A stretch of DNA of 64,000 bases from a virus (lineage: Duplodnaviria; Caudoviricetes). Below, in pieces: positions 27,810 to 38,238 of the stretch (the first letter of the stretch is position 1; each line of letters begins with the position of its first letter). The notes below the pieces were generated by a model. The model had not been told where the DNA came from. It did not search any database and saw nothing but the letters and a program-made list of their open reading frames with translations. The translations under genes were made by a program, and so were the position numbers. The DNA is taken from the IMG/VR virus record IMGVR_UViG_3300032330_000989, positions 1,410 to 65,409 of that record; one strand, written 5' to 3'.

Positions 27810-29102
27810 ATGTTTTTAGGACTATTGACGCTGCTGACTTCATTAACGATCAGCAGCGTCGCTGTTTATTACTCTGTTTCTGGATTGGCTGCTATTTTCG
27901 CAGGAGCCTATTACCCTATCATCATCATGGGAGCAGCACTTGAAATCGGCAAGTTAGTAACTGCTAGTTGGCTCCATAAGAATTGGACGACCGCACCAAA
28001 AGTCCTTAAGGCGTATCTGATACTATCAGTGGTTGTCTTAATGCTTATTACTAGTTTAGGTATCTTTGGGTTCCTAAGCCGCGCACATATTGAACAAGGT
28101 GCTCCAGTTGGGGATGTAGTTTCTCAAGTTGAATTAATAGATGAGAAGATTTCTGCTAAACGAAACGAAATTGAGCAGGCTAGGACCGCCCTAAAGAATC
28201 TAGACGATGTTGTTGGACAGTTCCTTGCTAAAGGCAAAGATGAGCGTAGTGTAGCAGCAGCCAACAATGCCCGAAAGAATCAACAAGCTGAACGTAACAA
28301 GACTAGCAAAGTCATAGACGATGCACAGAAAGAGATAAGCAAGTTACAGGAACAGAAAATTCCATTAACAAAGCAAGTGCGACAGATAGAGTCCGAAGTT
28401 GGACCTATTAAGTATATCGCAGCATTCATGTACGGCAATAAACCTAATCAGGATCTACTTGAAAAAGCAGTAACATGGATGATACTAACTATCATCTTTG
28501 TGTTTGATCCATTAGCAGTATTGCTTTTAATCGCTAGCCAGATTAGTTTTGCTTATAAGAAGCCACTACCTGAAACAATGATAAAAGAAGTTGAAAAGAT
28601 AGTAGAGGTTGAGAAACCTGTTGATAGGCTAGTTGTTGAGTATCAGACAATAGAAGTTGAAAAGATAGTTGAAGTTCCTGTTGAGAAGGAAGTGATTAAG
28701 ACTATCACAATAGAACGTCCTGTTGAAGTCATAGTTGAAAAGATAATCGAAGTTGAGAAAATTGTAGAAGTTGAAAAGATAGTTGAAGTAGTATTAATTC
28801 CTGAAGTTAAAGAAAAAACTAAAGAAATAGAGTATATACAAAATTCAGAACAAAATACTAATAGTCTATGGCAACGTATACAAAAGAACAAGAATATATT
28901 CAAACCTATGGATATGCTTTACAACGAGTATAAGATACACGGGTTTAAGGATATAGATCTAAGTAATCACGATTTAAATGATCCTGAGATACAGACGCTA
29001 ATTAAATATGTTGAGGATGTTAAAAATGGATCTAAAAGATTCGAAGACATTCCTAGACAACATCTAGAAAAATTAGCAGATCTAATCACACAAAATAATT
29101 GA
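27810..29102 (+). CDS. membrane protein with coiled coil and (VEVEKI)-like repeats
   Basis: three N-terminal TM helices, coiled coil, TM helix, V/E/K repeats. Confidence 0.75.
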   Translation: MFLGLLTLLTSLTISSVAVYYSVSGLAAIFAGAYYPIIIMGAALEIGKLVTASWLHKNWTTAPKVLKAYLILSVVVLMLITSLGIFGFLSRAHIEQGAPVGDVVSQVELIDEKISAKRNEIEQARTALKNLDDVVGQFLAKGKDERSVAAANNARKNQQAERNKTSKVIDDAQKEISKLQEQKIPLTKQVRQIESEVGPIKYIAAFMYGNKPNQDLLEKAVTWMILTIIFVFDPLAVLLLIASQISFAYKKPLPETMIKEVEKIVEVEKPVDRLVVEYQTIEVEKIVEVPVEKEVIKTITIERPVEVIVEKIIEVEKIVEVEKIVEVVLIPEVKEKTKEIEYIQNSEQNTNSLWQRIQKNKNIFKPMDMLYNEYKIHGFKDIDLSNHDLNDPEIQTLIKYVEDVKNGSKRFEDIPRQHLEKLADLITQNN

Positions 29103-29171
29103 CATTTGTAATATAAAGTATTATATTATGGATAGTTACTATTGTAACTTAATCAGGTGAGAAAAACATAA

Positions 29172-29432
29172 ATGACTATTTGGCAGAATACAGGTTGGCT
29201 TAACGATAACAATACAGGTAGGGTCTTTAAGGGCACTACAGTTTTCGTAAAGAACAACGACGTTAATAAAGCATTGCGTAAGTTTAAGAAGCGCCTCCAG
29301 GATGAAGGTTGGTTCAACGAACTACGTGAACGTGAACACTACACTAGCCCAAGCGAACGAAAGCGTAAGAACTTAGCATCAGCACAGGTTAGAGAGCGTA
29401 AGCGTCAATCTCAGTGGAAAGCTGAATCGTAA
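29172..29432 (+). CDS. rpsU: ribosomal protein bS21
   Basis: VNKALRKFKKR...ELREREHYTSPSERK. Confidence 0.9.
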   Translation: MTIWQNTGWLNDNNTGRVFKGTTVFVKNNDVNKALRKFKKRLQDEGWFNELREREHYTSPSERKRKNLASAQVRERKRQSQWKAES

Positions 29433-29442
29433 AAGATAAATA

Positions 29443-29495
29443 AATCTGTTATGTTGCCAATAGGAGCATAACAGATTCTTGCTTAACAAAAGGAG
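29443..29495 (+). promoter_or_regulatory. dnaK 5' leader with ROSE-like SD-sequestering hairpin
   Basis: 11-bp hairpin, then TCTTGCT-TAACAAA-AGGAG. Confidence 0.6.
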
Positions 29496-29502
29496 AAATA
29501 AT

Positions 29503-31404
29503 ATGGGTAAGATTATAGGAATTGACCTTGGAACCACGAATAGTTGCGTAGCAGTATTAGAAGGTGGCGTACCAAAGGTAATTGAAAATTCAGAAGGCAC
29601 ACGCACAACACCAAGTATCATTGCTTATACGGACGATGAGATCCTAGTAGGTGCAGGCGCAAAGCGCCAATCAGTAACAAATCCAAAGAACACACTATTT
29701 GCTGTAAAGCGTTTGATTGGACGTAAGTTCGATGAACAAGCTGTTCAAAAGGATATCAAGAACATTCCTTACGAAATTGTTAAGGCAGAAAACGGGGATG
29801 CTTGGGTTAAGGCGAATGATAAGGATATGGCTCCGCAGCAGGTATCTGCTGAAATCCTACGTAAGATGAAGAAGACTGCTGAGGATTACCTCGGTTCCGA
29901 AGTTACACAGGCTGTTATTACAGTTCCTGCTTACTTCAATGATAGCCAACGCCAGGCTACAAAGGATGCGGGTCGCATAGCGGGCCTAGAAGTCCTTCGT
30001 ATTATTAATGAGCCAACTGCGGCTGCTCTCGCATTTGGTTGCGACAAGGGCGATAAAAAGGATCGCAAGATTGCCGTATATGACTTAGGTGGTGGTACAT
30101 TTGATATTTCAATCATTGACATCTCTGATACAGACGGTGATAAGCAGTTCGAAGTGCTTTCAACAAATGGCGATACATTCCTAGGTGGTGAAGACTTTGA
30201 TCAGCGTATCGTTGATCATATGATCTCTGAGTTTAAAAAGGATCAAGGTGTTGATCTAACTAAGGATGTAATGGCACTACAGCGTCTAAAGGAAGGTGCT
30301 GAAAAGGCAAAGATTGAATTGAGTAACTCTGCTCAGACTGATATCAATATGCCTTATATCACAGCCGATGCTAGTGGTCCAAAGCATTTAACAATGAAGT
30401 TAACACGTTCTAAGTTTGAAGATCTTGTAGCAGATCTTATCGAGCGCAGTCTAGCTCCATGCCGCACAGCACTTGCTGATGCCAAGCTAACAGCCAATGA
30501 CATTGACGATGTTATCCTAGTTGGTGGTCAGACACGCATGCCTAAGGTACAAGAAGTTGTTGAACAGTTATTTGGTAAGGCTCCACGTAAGGATGTAAAT
30601 CCAGACGAAGCAGTTGCCGCTGGTGCTGCTATCCAGGGTGCTGTTTTAGGCGGTGATAAGAATGACGTCCTATTGCTAGATGTTACTCCGCTATCACTTG
30701 GTATCGAGACAATGGGTGGAATTTTCAATAAGTTAATTGAAAAAAATACAACTATCCCAGTCAAGAAGAGCCAGGTTTATAGCACAGCCGATGATAATCA
30801 AAGTGCTGTTACTATTAAGGTCGGACAGGGTGAGAGAGAAATGTTCCAGTATAACAAGATGCTTGGATTGTTCAATCTTGAAGGTATCCCCCCAGCTCCA
30901 CGTGGCGTTCCACAGATTGAAGTTACTTTTGATATTGATGCTAACGGAATTCTTTCTGTTAATGCAAAGGATAAGGGAACTGGTAAAGAAAATAAGATCA
31001 CTATCCAGTCAAGTAGTGGACTATCGGAAGCTGAGATCCAGCAGATGATTAAAGACGCTGAAGTTAATGCTGATGAAGATAAGAAGCGCCGTGAACTTGT
31101 AGAAGCAAAGAATAATGCCGAAGGACAAGTAAACACTTATCGCAAGGATCTCGAAAAGCATAAAGACAAGATGTCAGCTGAAGATGTTACTAAGATCGAG
31201 GAAGCACTTAAGGCATTAGAAGATGCTGCTAAGGGTGATGATAAGGCAGCAATCGAAGCTGCTCTTCCAAAGATGTTTGAAGTAATGGGACCACTCATGA
31301 CAGCGATGAATCCCCCGGCTACAGAGGAATCTACTACAGAAGCTCCTAAGGATGAAACTGTAGTTGATGCTGAGTTTACCGAAGTCAAGAAAGATGCCGC
31401 GTAA
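29503..31404 (+). CDS. dnaK: molecular chaperone DnaK
   Basis: [26 protein letters not shown]. Confidence 0.98.
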   Translation: MGKIIGIDLGTTNSCVAVLEGGVPKVIENSEGTRTTPSIIAYTDDEILVGAGAKRQSVTNPKNTLFAVKRLIGRKFDEQAVQKDIKNIPYEIVKAENGDAWVKANDKDMAPQQVSAEILRKMKKTAEDYLGSEVTQAVITVPAYFNDSQRQATKDAGRIAGLEVLRIINEPTAAALAFGCDKGDKKDRKIAVYDLGGGTFDISIIDISDTDGDKQFEVLSTNGDTFLGGEDFDQRIVDHMISEFKKDQGVDLTKDVMALQRLKEGAEKAKIELSNSAQTDINMPYITADASGPKHLTMKLTRSKFEDLVADLIERSLAPCRTALADAKLTANDIDDVILVGGQTRMPKVQEVVEQLFGKAPRKDVNPDEAVAAGAAIQGAVLGGDKNDVLLLDVTPLSLGIETMGGIFNKLIEKNTTIPVKKSQVYSTADDNQSAVTIKVGQGEREMFQYNKMLGLFNLEGIPPAPRGVPQIEVTFDIDANGILSVNAKDKGTGKENKITIQSSSGLSEAEIQQMIKDAEVNADEDKKRRELVEAKNNAEGQVNTYRKDLEKHKDKMSAEDVTKIEEALKALEDAAKGDDKAAIEAALPKMFEVMGPLMTAMNPPATEESTTEAPKDETVVDAEFTEVKKDAA

Positions 31405-31408
31405 GCTC

Positions 31409-31519
31409 TTGACAAATATAGTGAGATGCACTATATTATAAATATGTGTGCAACAGCCATGATGGGGTTGCACACATCGACCAAGAAGGTCAATCTTGCT
31501 TAATAAAAGGAGATGTAAA
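31409..31519 (+). promoter_or_regulatory. sigma70 promoter plus three-hairpin ROSE-like 5' UTR of hsp20
   Basis: TTGACA-17-TATATT; ATGTGTGCAAC/GTTGCACACAT; GACC/GGTC; TCTTGCT-TAATAAA-AGGAG. Confidence 0.7.
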
Positions 31520-31948
31520 ATGACAAATGCAAGAACATTTGATTTAGTACCAATACAGAGATATGCTGTAGGATTTGATCAGCTTTTTAATGAAATTGAT
31601 CGTTTATATATGAACAGCGCACAAAACAACTCATATCCCCCTTACAATATTATAAGAGCCGATGAGGATACATTCCTAATTGAAATCGCAGCAGCTGGAT
31701 TTAAGGAAGATGAACTTGAAGTCACAGTTGATCAAGGACAACTTGTGATTTCAGGATCTGCTAATAGTACAGATGAACGTGCTTTTATCTATAAGGGAAT
31801 TGGTATGCGTAATTTCTCACGCAGTTTCCGTTTAGCCGATCATATCGAAATCGGCGGCGCTAAACTGGCTAACGGACTACTTACTGTTGAACTTAATAGG
31901 ATAGTTCCAGAAGAATTAAAGCCACGTAAGATCGAGATACGATCCTAA
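31520..31948 (+). CDS. small heat shock protein, IbpA-like
   Basis: SYPPYNI, IAAAGF, YKGIGMRNFSRSF, NGLL, PRKIEI. Confidence 0.95.
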   Translation: MTNARTFDLVPIQRYAVGFDQLFNEIDRLYMNSAQNNSYPPYNIIRADEDTFLIEIAAAGFKEDELEVTVDQGQLVISGSANSTDERAFIYKGIGMRNFSRSFRLADHIEIGGAKLANGLLTVELNRIVPEELKPRKIEIRS

Positions 31949-31996
31949 AATCCAATCGTTGTAGGGGACATTGGGTCCCCTACAATAAATATTATT

Positions 31997-32314
31997 ATGG
32001 AAACACCTAAAATGACCCAAGTCGACCATACAACACTAGAAAAAACTAAGCATTTGATTGAAGAACCCGGGCATTACAAAGTCATTTTCGTAAACGACAA
32101 TGTAACTCCTATGGAATTCGTCATTGATGTGTTACAAAAGATTTTTAAGCACGATCAAGAAGCAGCCGGTGCTATTACACTAAATGTCCATACTGATGGA
32201 TCCGCTGTAGTTGGTGTATATTCTTTTGAAATCGCTGAACATAAGGGCGTAGAAACTACTGTCCTAGCAAGAAACAACGGGTTCCCACTCGTAGTTAAGA
32301 TCGAAAAAGAATAA
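31997..32314 (+). CDS. clpS: Clp protease adaptor ClpS
   Basis: YKVIFVNDNVTPMEFV, VHTDG, FPL. Confidence 0.95.
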   Translation: METPKMTQVDHTTLEKTKHLIEEPGHYKVIFVNDNVTPMEFVIDVLQKIFKHDQEAAGAITLNVHTDGSAVVGVYSFEIAEHKGVETTVLARNNGFPLVVKIEKE

Positions 32315-32841
32315 TGAGCTTAAAAGATTTAACTAAAGAAAAGCATCGCGATGCTGAACGCTGTGCTTTTTCTCAAAAACTCATTAGCGGTGATATGTCA
32401 GTACATGACTACGCCAACTATCTAGTACAGATGGGGTATGTCTATCAGATACTTGAAAACAAGGCATATACACATAATCTAACACAAGAAATGCCAGGAA
32501 TAGCTAGAGCATTCGCCATACAACAAGATATCGTTGAACTAGTAGGTGAGGATCACGGTATTGCGTATTTGCCCTCTACTTTGAAATATGGTCAGTATCT
32601 AGAGTCACTTAGTGACCCGGGAGCTATCATGGCACATCTGTATGTCCGTCATATGGGAGATTTGTTTGGTGGACAGATCATCGCTAAGAAAGTTCCAGGA
32701 AGTGGAAAGTTCTATCAGTTTCCTGATCGTGAACGTCTAATCTTCTTAGTACGTGCTAAAATAACAGACGATCTTGCTGACGAAGCATTAACAGCATTTG
32801 ACTACTCTATCTCTATCATGAAAGAATTGATGAGTGAGTGA
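32314..32841 (+). CDS. heme oxygenase
   Basis: TKEKH proximal His; AHLYVRHMGDLFGGQ distal helix. Confidence 0.92.
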   Translation: MSLKDLTKEKHRDAERCAFSQKLISGDMSVHDYANYLVQMGYVYQILENKAYTHNLTQEMPGIARAFAIQQDIVELVGEDHGIAYLPSTLKYGQYLESLSDPGAIMAHLYVRHMGDLFGGQIIAKKVPGSGKFYQFPDRERLIFLVRAKITDDLADEALTAFDYSISIMKELMSE

Positions 32842-33502
32842 AATTTGGAATAGGCTTATTGATATAGAAAATCACTATATCAATAGATTCACAGAAACTG
32901 GTAAAGAAATATTAACTGAGGATATATCTGCTCCTGGATGGACTAGCCGCAGTTGGTCTAGCGATACATATCGCCTAGCAAATATTGTTACAGCAGATGT
33001 GCGTGAAACCAAAGGAATGTGGATGATGCATTGCTGTGTGTTTCCACACATGGACAATACTGCTCCTATATTTGGGTTTGACGTAGTAGCAGGTAAGAAT
33101 AAGATCACAGGTTGCTTCCACGATTTCTCGTCAACAGGTTTCGCTTCACATCCGTTAATTGAATGGTTTGGACATGAAGTTAGCCAACTAGAATGGCGCA
33201 AGACACGTGAGTTGCCGGAATGGGCACAGCGCATCTTCTCTCCGCATATCATTGCTGCTGCCAATGTAAATGAAGGTGATGAGCTAGAACAGATTATTAG
33301 CATGAGCACTAGGAACCTAGATCACTATATTGATACTGTTGGAGAGACAGACGGAGATTGCACTGATAACACCAAGGGACAGAACTACTACTGTGAGAAT
33401 CAGAAGTTAAATCCACACAATCCCCGTGTTATGACTAATCTTGGGCTTAGTGAAGAGCAGATATGCTTCTTCATAGAGCAGTGTATGTTCCCTGAAGTGT
33501 GA
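32834..33502 (+). CDS. ferredoxin-dependent bilin reductase (PcyA/PcyX-like)
   Basis: MHCCVFP, PIFGFD, FHDFS, RELPEWA..IFS, QNYYCENQKLNPH; directly after heme oxygenase. Confidence 0.9.
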   Translation: MSEIWNRLIDIENHYINRFTETGKEILTEDISAPGWTSRSWSSDTYRLANIVTADVRETKGMWMMHCCVFPHMDNTAPIFGFDVVAGKNKITGCFHDFSSTGFASHPLIEWFGHEVSQLEWRKTRELPEWAQRIFSPHIIAAANVNEGDELEQIISMSTRNLDHYIDTVGETDGDCTDNTKGQNYYCENQKLNPHNPRVMTNLGLSEEQICFFIEQCMFPEV

Positions 33503-33512
33503 TAAATATATC

Positions 33513-35090
33513 ATGCGTTTTAAAGAATTTCTCATCGAAGCCAGCGTTTTTAGTAGAGGAACCTACTCTTATGGTCATAAAGTAAAGATCTCTGATAAAA
33601 AAGCCGGATTACCTTTATTCAATGCCATAAAAAAAGAAATTCCTAAATTTGGTCTTAATATGGAACTAGAATGGAAAGATCCGAAAAGTATAAAATCTCA
33701 ACGTGGATATGAAGACTATTTAGTATTAATTGATCTTGGGAGAATGGAGAATTATCAATATTTTCATATCGCTGATCTTAATGTTAATATTGCTATACAA
33801 GGTTCAGATGGTGTTATAGAAAAATCACTCGTCCATGCTGGTGAATATAAGAAATTTAATAGAGGTGATATAGCAGAAGGTATATTAGGAGCTGCTTTAA
33901 CTGCTAAACTTATCAAACGAGGAAGTGATAAGATAGGAGAGATAAGTGAAGGAGATATAAAGAAAGTTCTATCCGGAGCTGTCTCTGATAAAGATAGTTT
34001 AGTTTATTCTGTACATGATAAAAATAGTCAAATTTCTGATAAAATTACATTTTCTTTAAAATTAACTGGACCAAGTTTAGATATAATAAGCGATACTAAC
34101 GAATGGAATAAATTTGAAGATTTATTCCAATCTTCTGCTCACTATTCTAACAGTGCTGACTCAGATAGATATAGCAATTATTTTTATAAAAACGGAAAAG
34201 TTGACGAAGTGTTCGTTACAAGTGATGGATTAAGTGGACAAAAGTCAAGAAAAACTGACATTAATGTTGTCGTAAGAGATCCAACCACTGGAACGGTTAG
34301 AAGCTTAAAGAATGTTGATATAAGCTTAAAAGCTGATAGCGATCAATTTGGGCAATCAGCAACTGGTGGGTTTAAAGGAAATGCCAATATATGGATGGAA
34401 GCTGCTAATAATTTATTTAAGATGTTTGGAATTACATTAAGTATGCCAAAAACTAAAAATAATATAGTAGGGTTTTATAAAGAAATTTATAGTCAGGCAG
34501 CTACAAATATACACAATGAATTAGAAAAAGCATCGATTAACAAAGAAACAACAATGGTTGCTAAGATAGCAGATTTTATATATCATCACGCTACATTAAA
34601 TGCTCCTAATGTTCGAATAGTTAATCTAGAAAAAGGAAAATCAACTATTCATAGTTTTCATGCCCTTAAAGAACGTTTGATAAAAGAAAATATTGATTTA
34701 GATGCTAGTTTTAAACTAGGACCGCGATCAGGACTTCCTGGTATAATTATATTTGATAAAAATTCAAAATTAAAATTACTTGTTATACGTTATTTTTCTA
34801 CAAAAACACAAGATAAGACTGCCCATGTTTTTGAAAAAGGTAAGCTACTTAGCGAATTAACTAAAGTAGAAAAAGATCGATCAAACTCAAAAGAAAAAGA
34901 CCAAACATCTATCGAACCTAAAAATGATAAGTCCATTCCAACTGTGCCAGCTCCTAATCCAGTAGCAAAGCCCAAAGCAACTACTACAGCAAAATCTACA
35001 GTAGCACCAACGAAACCTGTAGCACCAACTACACAACAACCTGACCTAAGCAAGTCTCCACTCACTGCGAAATGGCTGAATAGCAGATAA
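33513..35090 (+). CDS. putative head-packaged protein with PD-(D/E)XK-like motif
   Basis: MRFKEFLIEA start; RKTD...ISLK; P/T/K-rich tail. Confidence 0.5.
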   Translation: MRFKEFLIEASVFSRGTYSYGHKVKISDKKAGLPLFNAIKKEIPKFGLNMELEWKDPKSIKSQRGYEDYLVLIDLGRMENYQYFHIADLNVNIAIQGSDGVIEKSLVHAGEYKKFNRGDIAEGILGAALTAKLIKRGSDKIGEISEGDIKKVLSGAVSDKDSLVYSVHDKNSQISDKITFSLKLTGPSLDIISDTNEWNKFEDLFQSSAHYSNSADSDRYSNYFYKNGKVDEVFVTSDGLSGQKSRKTDINVVVRDPTTGTVRSLKNVDISLKADSDQFGQSATGGFKGNANIWMEAANNLFKMFGITLSMPKTKNNIVGFYKEIYSQAATNIHNELEKASINKETTMVAKIADFIYHHATLNAPNVRIVNLEKGKSTIHSFHALKERLIKENIDLDASFKLGPRSGLPGIIIFDKNSKLKLLVIRYFSTKTQDKTAHVFEKGKLLSELTKVEKDRSNSKEKDQTSIEPKNDKSIPTVPAPNPVAKPKATTTAKSTVAPTKPVAPTTQQPDLSKSPLTAKWLNSR

Positions 35091-35120
35091 ATAAACTGAT
35101 AGTATTATCAGGAGATTAAG

Positions 35121-35738
35121 ATGCCCATATCCAAAGAGAAACTAGCAGAAGCTCTGCCAGACGTTAGAAAGAAAGAGATTGACGCTTTCTACGAAGACCT
35201 AGTTGAGGTCATGGATTTTTACGATATCAATACACCAAAGCGTATGGCAGCTTTCCTAGCACAATGCGCCCACGAGAGCGGCAACTTCCGAACAGTTAAA
35301 GAGAATCTAAACTATAAGGCAGAGGGTCTTAAGAAGATTTTCCCAAAGTATTTCAAGGATGTTAGCCCAGCAGATTACGCTCACAACCCACAGAAGATCG
35401 CTAATAGAGTTTATGCTAATCGCATGGGCAATGGTGATGAAGCAAGTGGTGATGGATTTAGATTCTGCGGACGTGGACTCATACAGTTAACTGGCAAGAC
35501 TAACTACAAGACTTGTGCTGAATGGCTTGAAGTAGATTTCCTAGATGATACAACTTGGCTCGAGACACCAGAGGGTGCTTGCTGGTCAGCAGGATGGTTC
35601 TGGGATAGCCGAGACCTTAACACACTAGCCGATAATGGTGACATCAAGATGCTTACTAAGCGTATCAACGGTGGATTTATCGGACTAGAAGATAGGATTA
35701 AGCACTACGAGATCGCTCTCGAAGCATTGGAGGGATAA
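35121..35738 (+). CDS. endolysin, glycoside hydrolase family 19
   Basis: FLAQCAHESG, GRGLIQLTGKTNY, TKRINGG. Confidence 0.93.
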   Translation: MPISKEKLAEALPDVRKKEIDAFYEDLVEVMDFYDINTPKRMAAFLAQCAHESGNFRTVKENLNYKAEGLKKIFPKYFKDVSPADYAHNPQKIANRVYANRMGNGDEASGDGFRFCGRGLIQLTGKTNYKTCAEWLEVDFLDDTTWLETPEGACWSAGWFWDSRDLNTLADNGDIKMLTKRINGGFIGLEDRIKHYEIALEALEG

Positions 35739-35740
35739 TC

Positions 35741-36217
35741 ATGAGTATTGGTATAAAGGTAGCCATAGCGGCTATATTATTTTCAATCATATCCGGTGGA
35801 TACTTCTTTATCAAAGAACAAGCAGCACAACTTGAACTAGCCAAGGAAGTACAAGCCAAGATGGAAGGTGTTATCGAGAAGCAGGGTCTTGCTATGGATA
35901 ACATGAAAGCAGATGTTGAACGTATGGGACAGGTCCAGAACGATCTATCTAAGCAAGTTGGTGCTGCTGATCAAGCTGCTAAAAATCTTTCTAAGAAGTT
36001 TACAGAAGATGCTGAAGGTAGAGAGCGTAATCTAGCTGCCATGGCTGCTGAGAAGCCGAGCGTAGTAGAAGAGAAGATCAACCGTGGAACTAAGGATGCT
36101 CTACGTTGTAATGAACTGCTAACTGGTGCTCCTCTAACTGACGACGAAGCAGCTGGCAAAGTGCGTAATAACATATGTCCAGAACTATTACCAAAACCTG
36201 AGGTGAAAAAGAAATGA
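35741..36217 (+). CDS. putative inner-membrane spanin
   Basis: N-terminal TM plus coiled coil, next to endolysin. Confidence 0.7.
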   Translation: MSIGIKVAIAAILFSIISGGYFFIKEQAAQLELAKEVQAKMEGVIEKQGLAMDNMKADVERMGQVQNDLSKQVGAADQAAKNLSKKFTEDAEGRERNLAAMAAEKPSVVEEKINRGTKDALRCNELLTGAPLTDDEAAGKVRNNICPELLPKPEVKKK

Positions 36218-36585
36218 AGAAACTCATATTAATCCCATTCCTAATCACATTAGGTGCTTGTTCAGCAACAGGCCCTAAAGTTTATGTAGCTCCAGAAGCC
36301 ATGGATAGAGCAAAGTTTACTACACCAAATATAACTCCAGTTGATCAATTGAATATTGAATGGAGTATCATTAACAAGCAAAATGCCAATGAGAAACTAG
36401 CGGCACAAGAGAAGAAGACTGGATCTAGCACATTCTTTGCGCTAACAGCACAAGGATATCAAAATCTTAGCATTAATACTGCTGAACTACGACGATATAT
36501 ACAACAGCAGAAAGCTACGATTGAAGCACTAAAGAAATACTACGAAGCACCAGTTATAAAGGAACCTACTAAAGATGGCAAGTGA
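36214..36585 (+). CDS. putative outer-membrane lipoprotein spanin
   Basis: lipobox LGAC; overlaps the i-spanin stop. Confidence 0.75.
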   Translation: MKKLILIPFLITLGACSATGPKVYVAPEAMDRAKFTTPNITPVDQLNIEWSIINKQNANEKLAAQEKKTGSSTFFALTAQGYQNLSINTAELRRYIQQQKATIEALKKYYEAPVIKEPTKDGK

Positions 36586-37141
36586 CGATATCGCAACAGG
36601 AAGTAATGCAAGAGTAGATGACGACGATTTTGTTATTGATCCAAGCAAGATGAAGAGAAAGTCGGATATACCTAGTATGGCTCCACCACCAGTTATGACA
36701 CCCCCACCGGCGATGACACCACCTCCGTCATTCGCACCACCACCACCGGCGCAGGTGTCATTTCAACAACCTGCAATGTCGATGCCCAGCTCTGGAACAA
36801 CTACAAACACTAATAGCACACAGACTACAGTAAACACCGCTGACTTAGCAGCATTAGCAGGAAACAGCCAACCTAGTGTTATTGAAGAGCATTGGGCAAA
36901 GAGTTTCTGGCGTCCAGCGATGGGTTGGTTATATATGATAATTTGCTTTATGGACTTCGTTGGATTTCCATTGCTCACTATCTTCCTACCAATCATCTTT
37001 AAGCCGTTTGGACTTGTAATGCCTTATCAGGCTTGGACTAGTCTAACACTAAGCAACGGTGGACTAATCCATCTAGCATTTGGCGCTATCCTTGGTGTAA
37101 GCGCATTCAGCAGAGGACAGGAAAAGATTGCTAACAAATAA
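36575..37141 (+). CDS. putative holin, 3TM GTA-holin-like, with Pro-rich N-terminus
   Basis: WRPAMGWLY, C-terminal TM segments, lysis context. Confidence 0.75.
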   Translation: MASDDIATGSNARVDDDDFVIDPSKMKRKSDIPSMAPPPVMTPPPAMTPPPSFAPPPPAQVSFQQPAMSMPSSGTTTNTNSTQTTVNTADLAALAGNSQPSVIEEHWAKSFWRPAMGWLYMIICFMDFVGFPLLTIFLPIIFKPFGLVMPYQAWTSLTLSNGGLIHLAFGAILGVSAFSRGQEKIANK

Positions 37142-37183
37142 AAACTGTGTTAGTATTAAAATATGATAGAGATGTTTTTATAA

Positions 37184-37399
37184 ATGGCAAAAGAAGAACC
37201 AGTAGAATTTCGAGGCAAAGTCGTCGAAGTTCTACCCAACAGCACTTTTAGAGTTAAGTTGGAAAATGAACATTTGCTTATAGCACATAGCAGTGGCAAG
37301 ATCCGACAGAACAAGATACGAATAATCCAAGGCGATGAAGTCTGTGTAGAAGTTAGCGCCTACGATCTTTCTAAGGGACGTATTAGTTACAGGTACTAA
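37184..37399 (+). CDS. infA: translation initiation factor IF-1
   Basis: [16 protein letters not shown]...SGKIR, GRISYR. Confidence 0.96.
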   Translation: MAKEEPVEFRGKVVEVLPNSTFRVKLENEHLLIAHSSGKIRQNKIRIIQGDEVCVEVSAYDLSKGRISYRY

Positions 37400-37407
37400 A
37401 TATTGGT

Positions 37408-38229
37408 ATGACAATAATGCCTTACCATAAACAAACTGTTGCTACTAAGATAGCCAATAGCTTTGACAAGTTCGCTAATACAGCCGTTACTCCGACACTG
37501 CTAATAAACCATATCCGCAAACTAGCCGGTAAGGATGCGCTTATCACACTCGCACGATCAGATGGTGTTGATCCAAATACGCTAAACATCAATGCCTATT
37601 ACGATCCAGATGCTGATGAGAATGAAGAAAAACCATTTGAACTGAATATCGTTTTTAACACAAATGATAAGAATGTTAATATGGATAGATCAGAATGGAG
37701 AGATTTCGCTACACAAGTAATTGGCGCTCTTAAGCACGAAATGATCCATCAGAATCAATATCGCAATAGAGGATATCTAGCGCAGCGCAGTTATGTTAGC
37801 AGGATCAAGGATCCAGTAGTTAAGCGTAGCCAAGAATATCTAGGACATCCAGATGAAGTTGACGCATACTCACATGATCTAGCCCATGAGTTCATCCGCA
37901 AAACTAAAGGCGACTATGAGCAGGTAATGAGATTGCTACGCAACTTCTCTAAGACAGCGATGACTAAAGATCAAGCAGGTCGTTTGCTAAGTCCAAATTT
38001 ATTCTCATACTTTAAAGATTTTGGATTTGATACCACACACCCAGTCCTAAAGAATCTATTAAAGAAAACCTATCGCAATGTGATGATGCTTAAACGTAAG
38101 GATGAACGTGATACTAGGGTAGCAGATAGAAACTACGATATCGAAAAGGCTACTGAAGCATTTAAGCGCAAGCAAGAAGCACTTGACAAACAAACAGGAT
38201 CATCGTATACTGCTATTATAGAAAGATAG
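37408..38229 (+). CDS. HEXXH (zincin-like) hypothetical protein
   Basis: HEMIH plus downstream EVDAY. Confidence 0.6.
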   Translation: MTIMPYHKQTVATKIANSFDKFANTAVTPTLLINHIRKLAGKDALITLARSDGVDPNTLNINAYYDPDADENEEKPFELNIVFNTNDKNVNMDRSEWRDFATQVIGALKHEMIHQNQYRNRGYLAQRSYVSRIKDPVVKRSQEYLGHPDEVDAYSHDLAHEFIRKTKGDYEQVMRLLRNFSKTAMTKDQAGRLLSPNLFSYFKDFGFDTTHPVLKNLLKKTYRNVMMLKRKDERDTRVADRNYDIEKATEAFKRKQEALDKQTGSSYTAIIER

Positions 38230-38238
38230 GAGTATGTC

